Below are positions 1-8,941 of a DNA stretch of 64,000 nucleotides, piece by piece. The position numbers and the translations under genes are program-made. The stretch comes from Bacteroidota bacterium (GTDB lineage Bacteria; Bacteroidota; Bacteroidia; Sphingobacteriales; Sphingobacteriaceae): assembly GCA_013286235.1 (NCBI GenBank), contig JABDGE010000010.1, forward strand, positions 673-64,672, written 5' to 3'. A model generated the notes under the pieces. That model was given only the letters and a program-made list of their open reading frames with translations, did not search any database and had not been told where the DNA came from. The number at the start of each line of letters is the position of its first letter. Positions within the stretch are counted from its first letter, which is position 1.

Positions 1-1372
1 GGTAACCATTAAAGGGAAAGTGATCCCATACACCGCTACCGCCGGTAGTATCCCAATTTGGGATGAAGATGGACGGCCGGTTGCGGGTGTTTTCTATACG
101 TACTATGAACGGGACGACGTGAGCGACCGCGCTACCCGGCCGCTGGTGATCTCGTTTAACGGCGGCCCAGGGACGCCATCGGTTTGGATGGAGATCGGTT
201 ATACTGGGCCCCGAAGGCTAAACACTGATGACGAAGGCTACCCTATACAACCTTATGGCGTAAGCGAGAACCCCAATTCTATACTCGATGTTGCAGACAT
301 CGTATACGTTGACCCGGTAAATACCGGTTACTCAAGGATTGTGAATAAAGATACGCCGGGCACCAAATTCTTTGGCGTGAATGAGGACATCAAATACCTG
401 GCAGAGTGGATCAATACATTTGTGACGCGTAAAAACCGCTGGGCATCGCCTAAATTCCTGATCGGGGAAAGCTACGGTACAACCAGGGTATCTGGCCTGG
501 CGCTGGAGCTTCAAAACGCCCAATGGATGTACCTGAACGGGGTAATCCTGGTTTCGCCAACCGACCTCGGCATCGAACGCAGCGGGCCCGTTCAGGAAGC
601 GCTGAAATTACCCTATTTTGCCGCAACGGCCTGGTATCACCAAATGCTGGCACCCGAATACCAGCAAAAGGAGCTGACTGCATTTTTGCCGGAAGTTGAA
701 AATTTCACCATCAATGAACTGATCCCGGCTATGGCCCGCGGCGGATTTATCGACGATGCCCAAAAAGCGGAGATAGCCGCTAAAATGTCCAAATACAGCG
801 GTATTTCGGAAAAGCTGATATTAGACAATAACCTCGATGTTTCCTACGACCTGTTTTGGAAGGAGCTACTTCGCGAAAAGGGTTTTACCATCGGACGGTT
901 GGATTCGCGGTACCGCGGAATCGACAGGCAAGCTTATGGCGGCAGCCCGGATTACAACGCCGAACTGACCAGTTGGTTGCATGAGTTCACCCCGGCGATG
1001 AATATCTACCTGCGCGATGAACTGAACTATAAAACCGATCTTAAATACAATATGTTCGGCGATGTTTGGCCCTGGGATGACAAGAACGATCATACCGGCG
1101 AAAACCTTCGGCAGGCCATAGCTCAAAATCCATACCTGCATCTGCTCATCCAATCGGGTTATTTTGACGGCGCCTGCGACTATTTTAACGCCAAATACAG
1201 CCTTTGGCAGCTTGACCCCAGCGGGAGGCTGAAAGACCGCCTGAAATGGGAGGGCTACAAGGGCGGACACATGCTTTACCTGCGAAAGGAAGACATAACA
1301 ACAGCTACCGAAAACTTAAGGAAATTTATACAGGAGTCCGTACCGAAGCCCGGGACGCCGGCCAAGTATTGA
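1..1372 (+). CDS. Peptidase S10 serine carboxypeptidase (5'-truncated by the window edge)
   Basis: FNGGPG, YVDPVNTGYS, nucleophile GESYG and C-terminal GGHMLY His motif. The frame is open upstream of 20 (VTIKGKVIP), so the true start lies outside the window. Confidence 0.9.
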   Translation, partial: VTIKGKVIPYTATAGSIPIWDEDGRPVAGVFYTYYERDDVSDRATRPLVISFNGGPGTPSVWMEIGYTGPRRLNTDDEGYPIQPYGVSENPNSILDVADIVYVDPVNTGYSRIVNKDTPGTKFFGVNEDIKYLAEWINTFVTRKNRWASPKFLIGESYGTTRVSGLALELQNAQWMYLNGVILVSPTDLGIERSGPVQEALKLPYFAATAWYHQMLAPEYQQKELTAFLPEVENFTINELIPAMARGGFIDDAQKAEIAAKMSKYSGISEKLILDNNLDVSYDLFWKELLREKGFTIGRLDSRYRGIDRQAYGGSPDYNAELTSWLHEFTPAMNIYLRDELNYKTDLKYNMFGDVWPWDDKNDHTGENLRQAIAQNPYLHLLIQSGYFDGACDYFNAKYSLWQLDPSGRLKDRLKWEGYKGGHMLYLRKEDITTATENLRKFIQESVPKPGTPAKY

Positions 1373-1401
1373 GTGGGGAATGGCGAGTAGTGAAGGGGCA
1401 A

Positions 1402-2505
1402 TTAATCGTTCTTGAGGCCAATCTGATGTGTGCTGTAATTTACCAGGTATTGATTTTCAGTAAAAAAGTTGATGCTGAAGATGGCGCGCGGGTCATCAGT
1501 ATAGGAAGGGTTGGCCACCTGTGTTATATCACCGGCGCCGGCGGTGACATATGAATAAGTGAAGCCGCTGGTGGTAGTTATTCTGATATTTGTGTTAGCT
1601 GGCAATGCATTTAGGGTGGCGGAGGCATTTATGTTTTCGATCGTTGAAATAGCAGGTGTGCTGGTGTCAAATAAAACGGCCGTCGAAACTGTTGTATTGC
1701 TGTATGTAACATTGGCTGATATACAGGGAGAATAACCGCCATACGGATAATAAGTTAGCGGGTGCATAATAAAACCCGACGATGAACTGAGGTCAGCCGG
1801 CACCAAACCAATGGTAAGCAATTTACTTACATAAGTTCCGCTTAAATTGAATGCCGCGTTACTGAACTTGGCCAGTTTGAAACCACTTACTGTGCCGTTA
1901 CTGCTTGCAAAATAACTTAAGGGGCTCGCAATAGCGCTATTGGCAAAACTAACACCCGGTCCGACGCCGAAAATATCACTTGAATGGATCGGTTCAATTG
2001 TTTTGGTATTCGCCTCCTCCGACTTATAGTACAAAAAGAACGGTATACGCCTGGTTGTGATGCGGCCATTTTGGTCGCCGATGGTTATTTGCGCATACGC
2101 GAGGTTCCCGTATACAGCGCGCCCGCTCCCGGGGCCTTTGTAGAAAAGGGTCCCGGTGCTATTGGTTACAGTAATGCCATTTACATTAACGCTGTCGCCG
2201 GCAACCTGTATCCCGGAGTTGGTGATCATCGAGGCCGGAATGAGGCCATGGGCATCCATCGTCATGCCTGATGAGCCAGTATCAAAAGCACTAAAGTAAA
2301 CGATGGAAGGCTGGGCGCTAACGATTGAAATAGGGATGTAAACGCGCTTATCGATACTGCTGTCCTTTTCGTATAAACCCAGGGTCGCGATTGGTTGTGC
2401 ACCGGTTGGAGATGGGTTACGGTCCTTTGAACAGGACGAAATCAGCGCCATTAAACCTAAACCAACTGCATATGCTTTAAAGTACCCGTAGTTGATTTTT
2501 GTCAT
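1402..2505 (-). CDS. Bilobed pepsin-like aspartic-protease-fold lipoprotein
   Basis: Lipobox (LISSC); AFDTGSS, DIFGVG, LFDTST; C-terminal IFSINFFTENQYLVNYSTHQIGL resembles the pepsin ILGDVFLR...VFD...RIGF tail. Confidence 0.65.
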   Translation of the reverse strand: MTKINYGYFKAYAVGLGLMALISSCSKDRNPSPTGAQPIATLGLYEKDSSIDKRVYIPISIVSAQPSIVYFSAFDTGSSGMTMDAHGLIPASMITNSGIQVAGDSVNVNGITVTNSTGTLFYKGPGSGRAVYGNLAYAQITIGDQNGRITTRRIPFFLYYKSEEANTKTIEPIHSSDIFGVGPGVSFANSAIASPLSYFASSNGTVSGFKLAKFSNAAFNLSGTYVSKLLTIGLVPADLSSSSGFIMHPLTYYPYGGYSPCISANVTYSNTTVSTAVLFDTSTPAISTIENINASATLNALPANTNIRITTTSGFTYSYVTAGAGDITQVANPSYTDDPRAIFSINFFTENQYLVNYSTHQIGLKND

Positions 2506-2640
2506 ATTCAGCTCCTTCTAATCCAGTCGTTTTTTTGGCTGTCGGGTTGAACACATCAATTATCTGCTGGAATTGGGCGAACCAACCAGTTTCGACAATT
2601 ATGCCGTTTGACTTATACGGGTTTCGCAGCGAGATTGTTG

Positions 2641-3099
2641 CTATTTATTGGTATCAGTGTTCCAAATGGACCGGTATATTTTCCACCTGGTATTGTCGAG
2701 TTTCCAGATGACGATGTACTTACCTTTTTCCATCAGTTTGTTATTGCCCGTGTCTAATTCGTATTTTCCTTCTTCTATCACATCTTCGGGGCCGCCGTAT
2801 ACGTTAGTGGTGGTGAGTTTGTACTCCGTTACGCCGATGGCCGGCATTTGTTCTATCATCGCGCCCATCGGTCCCTGACCCTTCATTATCGGCGCGCCGG
2901 GCGGCATATTAATAGTGGCAGAATGGTGCAGGTCGGCAAAGGCAGCTGAGTCGCCGCTCAGGAGGGCGATGCGGTAAAGCTTGTTATTATTGCTAATGAC
3001 CTGTTTTACCTGCTGCAGATCAAAAGGTGGGTTTTGCGGTGTGTTGCTTTTACATGCCGCGAGCAGGACGAGAATAAAAGGCAGGGATATGTTTTTCAT
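2641..3099 (-). CDS. NTF2-like/DUF4440 (SnoaL-like, YybH-type) lipoprotein
   Basis: Lipobox LAAC after MKNISLPF (ATG at 3099 preferred); EEGKY...GKYIVIWK...WKI pattern. Confidence 0.8.
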   Translation of the reverse strand: MKNISLPFILVLLAACKSNTPQNPPFDLQQVKQVISNNNKLYRIALLSGDSAAFADLHHSATINMPPGAPIMKGQGPMGAMIEQMPAIGVTEYKLTTTNVYGGPEDVIEEGKYELDTGNNKLMEKGKYIVIWKLDNTRWKIYRSIWNTDTNK

Positions 3100-3184
3100 G
3101 GTTAAAAGTAATAAACGCGAGGAAAGCATGTATTATTTAATTAAAAAAAGTACCGGTGTTTTTTAAACCTTTATCCGAAGGTTC

Positions 3185-3373
3185 ATGCGCAAACAATTAA
3201 GTTCGTTTCGGACGTGTTCCCGGACGAGACGGTACCAAGCGTATCCTTACATTTTATCGCAGCATCACTCTCCGCCGGGCAACAATGTGATAAACAGCAT
3301 TTGCACAAAACAAGGTAATTGTGAACACGTTTTTAAAAAAAGCTTGTTGTTCTATTTATGTAAAAACAAATAA
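3185..3373 (+). CDS. Possible small Cys-containing protein (62 aa), or a structured ncRNA
   Basis: ATG-started ORF whose TAA abuts the terminator at 3372. The same DNA also folds into several hairpins. No recognisable family. Confidence 0.3.
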   Translation: MRKQLSSFRTCSRTRRYQAYPYILSQHHSPPGNNVINSICTKQGNCEHVFKKSLLFYLCKNK

Positions 3374-3405
3374 AAAAGCCTGTCTTTTTAGAGACAGGCT
3401 TTTTT
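3372..3405. terminator. Bidirectional intrinsic terminator
   Basis: AAAAAAGCCTGTCT-loop-AGACAGGCTTTTTT: perfect stem with A/T tails on both sides. Confidence 0.9.
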
Positions 3406-3435
3406 TATCCATAGTAAAAAACTTACTCTTAGCTA

Positions 3436-3630
3436 TTAATGTGAAACTTTTTTGAGTGCTTTTAATTGCTTGGTAACATCTTCATTTCCCACCGGAACAA
3501 AGGGTAAAATTTTATTAACCTTAATTATCAACTCATCTACCTTAGTTACCAATTCATCAAGTATTTCAAGTTTCTTGTGTATAGGTGTTAATTTTGCATC
3601 TAAAAGATCAGAGACCTCCTTTAATTCCAT
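3436..3630 (-). CDS. Small coiled-coil hypothetical protein (64 aa)
   Basis: Heptad pattern KKLEILDELVTKVDELIIKVNKI; own TATATTTG promoter upstream and a terminator downstream. Confidence 0.7.
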   Translation of the reverse strand: MELKEVSDLLDAKLTPIHKKLEILDELVTKVDELIIKVNKILPFVPVGNEDVTKQLKALKKVSH

Positions 3631-3658
3631 CTTGTGTTTATTTGAAAAGCACTCACCA

Positions 3659-3666
3659 CAAATATA
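3659..3666 (-). promoter_or_regulatory. Bacteroidota housekeeping -7 box for the 64-aa gene
   Basis: TATATTTG matches the TAnnTTTG consensus, 28 nt before the ATG. Confidence 0.65.
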
Positions 3667-3752
3667 TTAATTGCTAATTAATATTGCGATTGTTTTTATT
3701 AGCTGTAGTAAGGTGCAACGTTTGTGCATCTATTTTGGTTGTGTAAAGTAAT

Positions 3753-4052
3753 TCATCGTTGCCCTCGGCCAAAGGCTTTGCGCAATTCGGTCTTTGCTTT
3801 TTCCAGTACGTCCCTCTGTGATGCGTCTAAGTTTTTGCCGGCGCGGTTGATGTAAAAAGTAAGCATGGACATAGCCGAGCGATATGGCGCCGACTTTCTC
3901 AGGTCGCTTTTTTCTGCTGAATTTTTCAGTGATTCCGCTATTTTTCTGGGGTCTTTTGATTCAAAAATATTTTGTTCCAGATCGAGTGCGTCGCTGTGTT
4001 CGGTTACGTCAGCCGACCATTTCTGTTTTGATTTTGTGTTTGCAGTTGCCAT
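3753..4052 (-). CDS. DUF3175 family protein
   Basis: KWSADVTEHSDALDLE...RSAMSMLTFYINRAGKNL signature. Confidence 0.9.
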   Translation of the reverse strand: MATANTKSKQKWSADVTEHSDALDLEQNIFESKDPRKIAESLKNSAEKSDLRKSAPYRSAMSMLTFYINRAGKNLDASQRDVLEKAKTELRKAFGRGQR

Positions 4053-4113
4053 TTTGTTATTGTTAATGACCGGTCTCTGCTGACAGGTCGTTAATTAAAC
4101 AAACACCACCATG

Positions 4114-4605
4114 TTAGGGTTTTTTTCTTAATGCACTAATCTCGCCGTTCCGTTCTATATAAACCCGGTCGATTTGTTCCAGGTCATCTGTTAGTGCAGA
4201 TTTGCGGACGCCCTGCATGACGTCTTCCTTGCATAAAAGTGCCCTCTTTAAGTCCTTATCGATAAAATTCCCATCCCGGAAAAGCAGTATTTTGTTGCCT
4301 TCTACAAACCTGGCGAATCTGCTGCTTCGGCTGATCACCCAACCGAAGCCGCGGTGTAAAGCAACGATAACAAAGCAGGTAATCAATGTCGGGAGAAACG
4401 GCGATGCACCTACAATCGCGCGGCTAAGGGTGGCGCCTAAAGTGATGGTGATAATATTATCGAGCGGTGTTCTCACACCAAACGAGCGCCGGCCCGAAAT
4501 CCTGATCAGTACAAAGGCGGCAAGGAACACCACCACGCCCCGGGAACACATTTGCAGCATATCTAAATTCTTCCCCTGGCCAAAAAGTTCAGTTAAAAAG
4601 TTCAT
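4114..4605 (-). CDS. DUF421/YetF membrane protein
   Basis: Three TM helices, GRRSFG..TPLD, EGNKILL..DG, C-terminal IERNGEIS. Confidence 0.85.
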   Translation of the reverse strand: MNFLTELFGQGKNLDMLQMCSRGVVVFLAAFVLIRISGRRSFGVRTPLDNIITITLGATLSRAIVGASPFLPTLITCFVIVALHRGFGWVISRSSRFARFVEGNKILLFRDGNFIDKDLKRALLCKEDVMQGVRKSALTDDLEQIDRVYIERNGEISALRKKP

Positions 4606-4681
4606 GAGCGTAATGATTAAATGAATGGATAGCTTGAAGGGTTAAAACTATTTACCCATGTAAATGTTTTGCCTTTGCCCC

Positions 4682-5323
4682 ATGGATAGCAAGACGAAGA
4701 CGATAGCCGTGATAGTAGCCCACCCTGATGACGAAACCCTTTGGGCAGGTGGAACCTTTTTAATGAATCCGGGAAAACAGTATTTTATTGCCAGCCTATG
4801 CCGGAAAAACGACCCGGACCGGGCGCCTAAATTTAAAAAGGCGCTCAAAGCATTAGGCGCAACGGGAATTATGGGTGACCTGGACGATGGGTCGGAGCAA
4901 ATACCGCTTACCGATGAACGAGTGGAAACTACCATCGTGGATCTATTGCCCGCCATGTCATTCGATTTGGTTATTACACACAACATTTACGGAGAATATA
5001 CGCGTCATCGCCGGCACGAGGAGATTGGGCGGGCGGTCATCAATTTATGGTCGTCGGGGCGGTTGCTCACGCGGGAATTATGGGCATTCGCATTCGAGGA
5101 TGGCGGCCGGGTTTATTACCCCGGCGTTATGAAAGATGCGGAACTGCTCTACAGATTGCCGCAAACCGTCTGGCAAAAAAAATATAGCATTATCAGAGAG
5201 ATATATGGGTTTGCCGAAGACAGCTGGGAAGCGCAGTCGACCCCTAAGGAGGAAGCATTCCGTCGATTTTACAATACAGCCGAAGCAAAAACGTGGCTTG
5301 ATAGCGCGCAAAATACATTATGA
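4682..5323 (+). CDS. PIG-L/LmbE family N-acetyl-sugar deacetylase
   Basis: AHPDDE metal motif and THNIYGEYTRHRRH second His motif; ATG at 4682 preferred. Confidence 0.85.
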   Translation: MDSKTKTIAVIVAHPDDETLWAGGTFLMNPGKQYFIASLCRKNDPDRAPKFKKALKALGATGIMGDLDDGSEQIPLTDERVETTIVDLLPAMSFDLVITHNIYGEYTRHRRHEEIGRAVINLWSSGRLLTRELWAFAFEDGGRVYYPGVMKDAELLYRLPQTVWQKKYSIIREIYGFAEDSWEAQSTPKEEAFRRFYNTAEAKTWLDSAQNTL

Positions 5324-6462
5324 GAGTTCTATTATTATACGACTACCCCGCGTCGCCCAGCGGGTTGGCTACACAGGGCAGCTTACTGTTCCAGGGGCTA
5401 AAAGAAATTGGGGTTGAAGCCTACGCCGTAAACAGCGAGGCTTCGCAGGAAAAGGAATGGTATTATAAGTGGTTTAAGCCGGATGTTGTAGTGGGAGTCG
5501 GCTACTGGGGCCATACGCCAGATCTAATCCTTCACCCGCAAAAACATGGGGTGCAGCCTGTGCCATGGCTGGTGGCTGACGGTTACATAGCCAATTACCA
5601 GGACGTTCTGAATAAACTTCCACTGATCCTGGTTACTTCTAATTGGGTGAAGGAAATGTATGTGCGCGACGGTATCGACGGCACCAACATTGAGGTATTA
5701 CCGGTGGGCTGCGACACTGATTCATTCATTCCTCTGCAAAAAGACGACGTGAAGACTGTGGCCATACGGGAGTCGCTGGATGTTAAGCCCGACGAGTTAA
5801 TGATACTCACCATCGGCGGCGATGCTGCTTCGAAAGGGGGTCAGGAAGTGATGCGGGGTCTGGCTATGATAAAAGAGAAGGTACCTGCCTGGAAATACGT
5901 ATGCAAGGTGTGGCCGCAGCCGCGCACCGAAACGCAAAACCGCGCCGACTTGGAACTCGCCCTGGAACTGGGTATTGCCGGCCGGGTGATCTTTTCGACG
6001 GGGATAACCTCGAGGAATTACATTCCACACCTGATTGCAGCTTGTGATATTTATGCGGCGCCATCGCGGCTGGAGGGGTTCGGCATGTCGCAAGTGGAGG
6101 CTAATGCCTGTGAAAAACCGGTGATCGGCATTAAGGCGATGGGCCTGCTGGACACGATGGTTGACGGGGAAACCGCCTTCCTGGCCAATGTGGCGCAAAA
6201 AATAGTAGTCGACCATGCGACAATAGGCACTGAAGCCGGCTATGAAGAAAATCACCGGATAGATTTCGACATTCCACGCGTGGTGGATTACCGGGCAAAC
6301 TCCGAAGATATAGCAGTTTATTTGACCGAGCTGATGAGTCACCCGCTTTTGCGTATACAACTGGGCAAAGCCGGGAGAAAACGGGTAGTTGAGCATTTCG
6401 ACTACCGGGTGGTAGCCCGCCAATTTGTGGACATTATTTCCAAAAAATTGGGAATAAATTAA
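5320..6462 (+). CDS. Glycosyltransferase family 4 (GT-B, retaining)
   Basis: PSRLEGFGMSQVEANAC EX7E motif, MVDGETAFL, GKAGRKRVVEHFDY; ATGA overlap with the deacetylase stop. Confidence 0.9.
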   Translation: MRVLLLYDYPASPSGLATQGSLLFQGLKEIGVEAYAVNSEASQEKEWYYKWFKPDVVVGVGYWGHTPDLILHPQKHGVQPVPWLVADGYIANYQDVLNKLPLILVTSNWVKEMYVRDGIDGTNIEVLPVGCDTDSFIPLQKDDVKTVAIRESLDVKPDELMILTIGGDAASKGGQEVMRGLAMIKEKVPAWKYVCKVWPQPRTETQNRADLELALELGIAGRVIFSTGITSRNYIPHLIAACDIYAAPSRLEGFGMSQVEANACEKPVIGIKAMGLLDTMVDGETAFLANVAQKIVVDHATIGTEAGYEENHRIDFDIPRVVDYRANSEDIAVYLTELMSHPLLRIQLGKAGRKRVVEHFDYRVVARQFVDIISKKLGIN

Positions 6463-6485
6463 CGGACGCTAATAAACCCTGAAGG

Positions 6486-7658
6486 ATGCAAGCAATCAAC
6501 TGGAACGAAGTGAAGGCGGCAAAGCAGGCGGCAATTGAGGTGTTGCTGCATAACGCCAGCGGGCCGTTTGACGGTTTGCCCCGAACGGCTGGATGGGGGT
6601 ACCCGGAACCGTATACCCGCGACCTGATGTTTTCGATATTAGGGATAGCGGTTACCGGCAATGAAACACTGATCAAGAGTATCCGGCGGGTATTGGAAAC
6701 ACTTGCCGGAAACCAGACCGAACATGGTCATATCCCTTCGCTGGTGCACGATGGAGATGACCGCGGGGCAAGTGACACCACACCGCTGTTTTTATTGGGC
6801 ACGGCTATCTTCAGGAAGTTGACAGGAGAGAGCGATTTCCTGGAAGATGCTGTGCGCAAATCCCTCGTTTGGATGGAATACCAAAGCCCGTCGGACCGTT
6901 ATATGGTTGCCCAGCAGCCTACAAGCGACTGGCGCGACGAACAATGGGTGCTTGGTTATGGTTTGTTTGTGAACACTGTGATTTACAGTTACCTGAAAAT
7001 GCTCGGGGATGATGAAAGAGCGGAGAACACGCGCGATGAGATGAACCAATTTACCGTCGACAGCGGCTTTATCGCCCATCATATACATGAAGGCCTGCTG
7101 GTGAAAAGCAAGCCCTATTTTGCATTATGGTCATATAAGGTGCTGTTCTGCAACCGGTTTGACCTTCTGGGTAACAGCATTGCCATCCTATCCGGCTTAG
7201 CTTCCAGGGAGCGGGCTATCGAGATCATTGACTGGATCGAGCTTGAATGTGCGAAAATGCGGGTAAGGGGCGACCTTTCAGTTGACATCGCTCCCAACTT
7301 TTTCCCCTTCGTTTTGCCGGGAGATGAAGACTGGCACCCGCGGTATGAACAATTTAATTTGCCAGGAAACTATCACAATGGCGGGATCTGGCCATTCGTA
7401 TGCGGGCTGTATGTTGCGGCGCTTGTGGCGGCGGAGCAATATGAACTCGCCGGGCAAAGACTGGCAGAGCTTACCAGGCTATGTCGCTTATCAAATGACC
7501 CCAGCCTTGAATTTGGCTTCAATGAATGGATAAAAGCACAGACAGGTGAAGTAATGGGAGTTGATTGGCAAACCTGGAGCGCCGCTTTGTATTTGTACGC
7601 AGCCACATGCGTCGAGGAAAGACGGACGCCATTTTTTGATGACATGCGGGCGGTGTGA
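6486..7658 (+). CDS. (alpha/alpha)6 glycoside hydrolase, GH100 alkaline-invertase/amylo-alpha-1,6-glucosidase-like
   Basis: YTRD, RFDLLGNSIAILSG, YHNGGIWP, FNEW and QTWSAA motifs; no signal peptide. Confidence 0.8.
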   Translation: MQAINWNEVKAAKQAAIEVLLHNASGPFDGLPRTAGWGYPEPYTRDLMFSILGIAVTGNETLIKSIRRVLETLAGNQTEHGHIPSLVHDGDDRGASDTTPLFLLGTAIFRKLTGESDFLEDAVRKSLVWMEYQSPSDRYMVAQQPTSDWRDEQWVLGYGLFVNTVIYSYLKMLGDDERAENTRDEMNQFTVDSGFIAHHIHEGLLVKSKPYFALWSYKVLFCNRFDLLGNSIAILSGLASRERAIEIIDWIELECAKMRVRGDLSVDIAPNFFPFVLPGDEDWHPRYEQFNLPGNYHNGGIWPFVCGLYVAALVAAEQYELAGQRLAELTRLCRLSNDPSLEFGFNEWIKAQTGEVMGVDWQTWSAALYLYAATCVEERRTPFFDDMRAV

Positions 7659-7828
7659 ATACATAAGAAGCTTCGTGCAATAGCCCAGCATCAACTAAAT
7701 CTTATTTATTTTTTAAACTATCCGGAGATTCATAAGTCATATCATTGTCAAGCGCTTGCAAAAAAGAACAATAATGCCTGTTTTCAACATGGAAAACGGG
7801 ATATTTTAAATTATTAAAACAGATCACC

Positions 7829-7978
7829 ATGAAAAAGATAAAATATTTCGGACTGCTTTTAGTAACCGCAGTCACTTTGAGCCTCGGCTCTTGTATAGTC
7901 AGGGGACCTGGGTGGGTGCCCGGTCACTACGTTGATGGACCGTACGGACGCCATTGGGTTCGCGGGCACTATAATTAA
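7829..7978 (+). CDS. 49-aa lipoprotein with WxxGH(Y/W) repeats (YXWGXW/WXXGXW-like); absent from the ORF track
   Basis: Translated by hand: MKKIKYFGLLLVTAVTLSLGSCIVRGPGWVPGHYVDGPYGRHWVRGHYN*. Lipobox LGSC. Confidence 0.85.
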   Translation: MKKIKYFGLLLVTAVTLSLGSCIVRGPGWVPGHYVDGPYGRHWVRGHYN

Positions 7979-8009
7979 ATCTTTTATTTAAAACCAGCCA
8001 CTTCGCTTG

Positions 8010-8054
8010 TATGCCTTCTTCGCGGTTTTTAGTTAAGTCCGCGAAGAAGGCATA
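8010..8054. terminator. 16-bp perfect hairpin between convergent genes
   Basis: TATGCCTTCTTCGCGG...CCGCGAAGAAGGCATA; no clear U tract. Confidence 0.6.
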
Positions 8055-8069
8055 AGAAGCGGCATCAAA

Positions 8070-8525
8070 CTATGGCTTTTCCTCCTCCGGCGTTTCGGCC
8101 AGCGCCTTAAAATTTTCAAGCCATTTTTGCGTAGGCTTTTTGACCATCCGCGGCATGATCACCATCATGATCTTTGGCAAAAGACCTTTTATAGCTACCG
8201 TTTCGATAGCCATCGTAAAGCGGGTTTTCCCACCAGGCACTACAGCAAAACTACTCGTCGTAGTATTTGAACCATGACTGTGCTCATACAGCGCCTTAAA
8301 TTCCGCAGGCAGATCGTTAACCAAAATAGTCTCGATCAGTTCGATAGTGTGCCCCTTGTTTTCGAAAATTATCTTTGATCTGGCGCCAATACTGCCGGGT
8401 TCATCGCTAATTGGGCTAAGGCTTTGAAAACCGTCCTGCCATTTTTTTAAGTTCTTTCTATCTGCAAAAAGCTTAACGGCTTTTTCAACAGGCGCATCGA
8501 TGTACGTTTCACAAGCAATGATCAT
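8070..8525 (-). CDS. SRPBCC (START-like) family protein
   Basis: IDAPVEK...LKKWQDGF and ETILVNDLP pattern, C-terminal helix WLENFKALAE. Confidence 0.85.
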   Translation of the reverse strand: MIIACETYIDAPVEKAVKLFADRKNLKKWQDGFQSLSPISDEPGSIGARSKIIFENKGHTIELIETILVNDLPAEFKALYEHSHGSNTTTSSFAVVPGGKTRFTMAIETVAIKGLLPKIMMVIMPRMVKKPTQKWLENFKALAETPEEEKP

Positions 8526-8526
8526 A

Positions 8527-8904
8527 CTATTTTCCCTCCTTCTTGCTGCCTTTCGCCGGCTTTGGTTTCAATGAGCTTACATAATCGTGACTAGCCTGCA
8601 GGTACGGCAAAAGTTCTTCGGTATTCGCAAGCCGGCTATCGGGCACGACAACATACTCTTTCTGAACAATTCCGTAGGCTGTAACAAGCGTGGTATTGTG
8701 TTTATTAATGAATGCTGCTTTTACCGTCTCAGGCAGCCGGAGCGCTACAAAGCCTCCCTTATTGAAATAACTGTACATATGCCCGTTCAACGCGGTGTAG
8801 GGAATGGTATCCCCTTTTAATTCCGAATCACGATGCAACCCTGCCAATTTTTTGTACCGCATTATTTTTCCCTGGTTAGTCTCCATTGCAGTTTCGCTTG
8901 TCAA
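8527..8904 (-). CDS. Hypothetical protein, TfoX/MmcQ-like fold
   Basis: PYTALNGHMYS...ALRL...KEYVVVP...YVSSLKPK pattern; start uncertain (TTG 8904 or a downstream ATG). Confidence 0.6.
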   Translation of the reverse strand: MTSETAMETNQGKIMRYKKLAGLHRDSELKGDTIPYTALNGHMYSYFNKGGFVALRLPETVKAAFINKHNTTLVTAYGIVQKEYVVVPDSRLANTEELLPYLQASHDYVSSLKPKPAKGSKKEGK

Positions 8905-8941
8905 CTATCGAAGATAACCACTTGTGTCGTAATTTGAAAGC

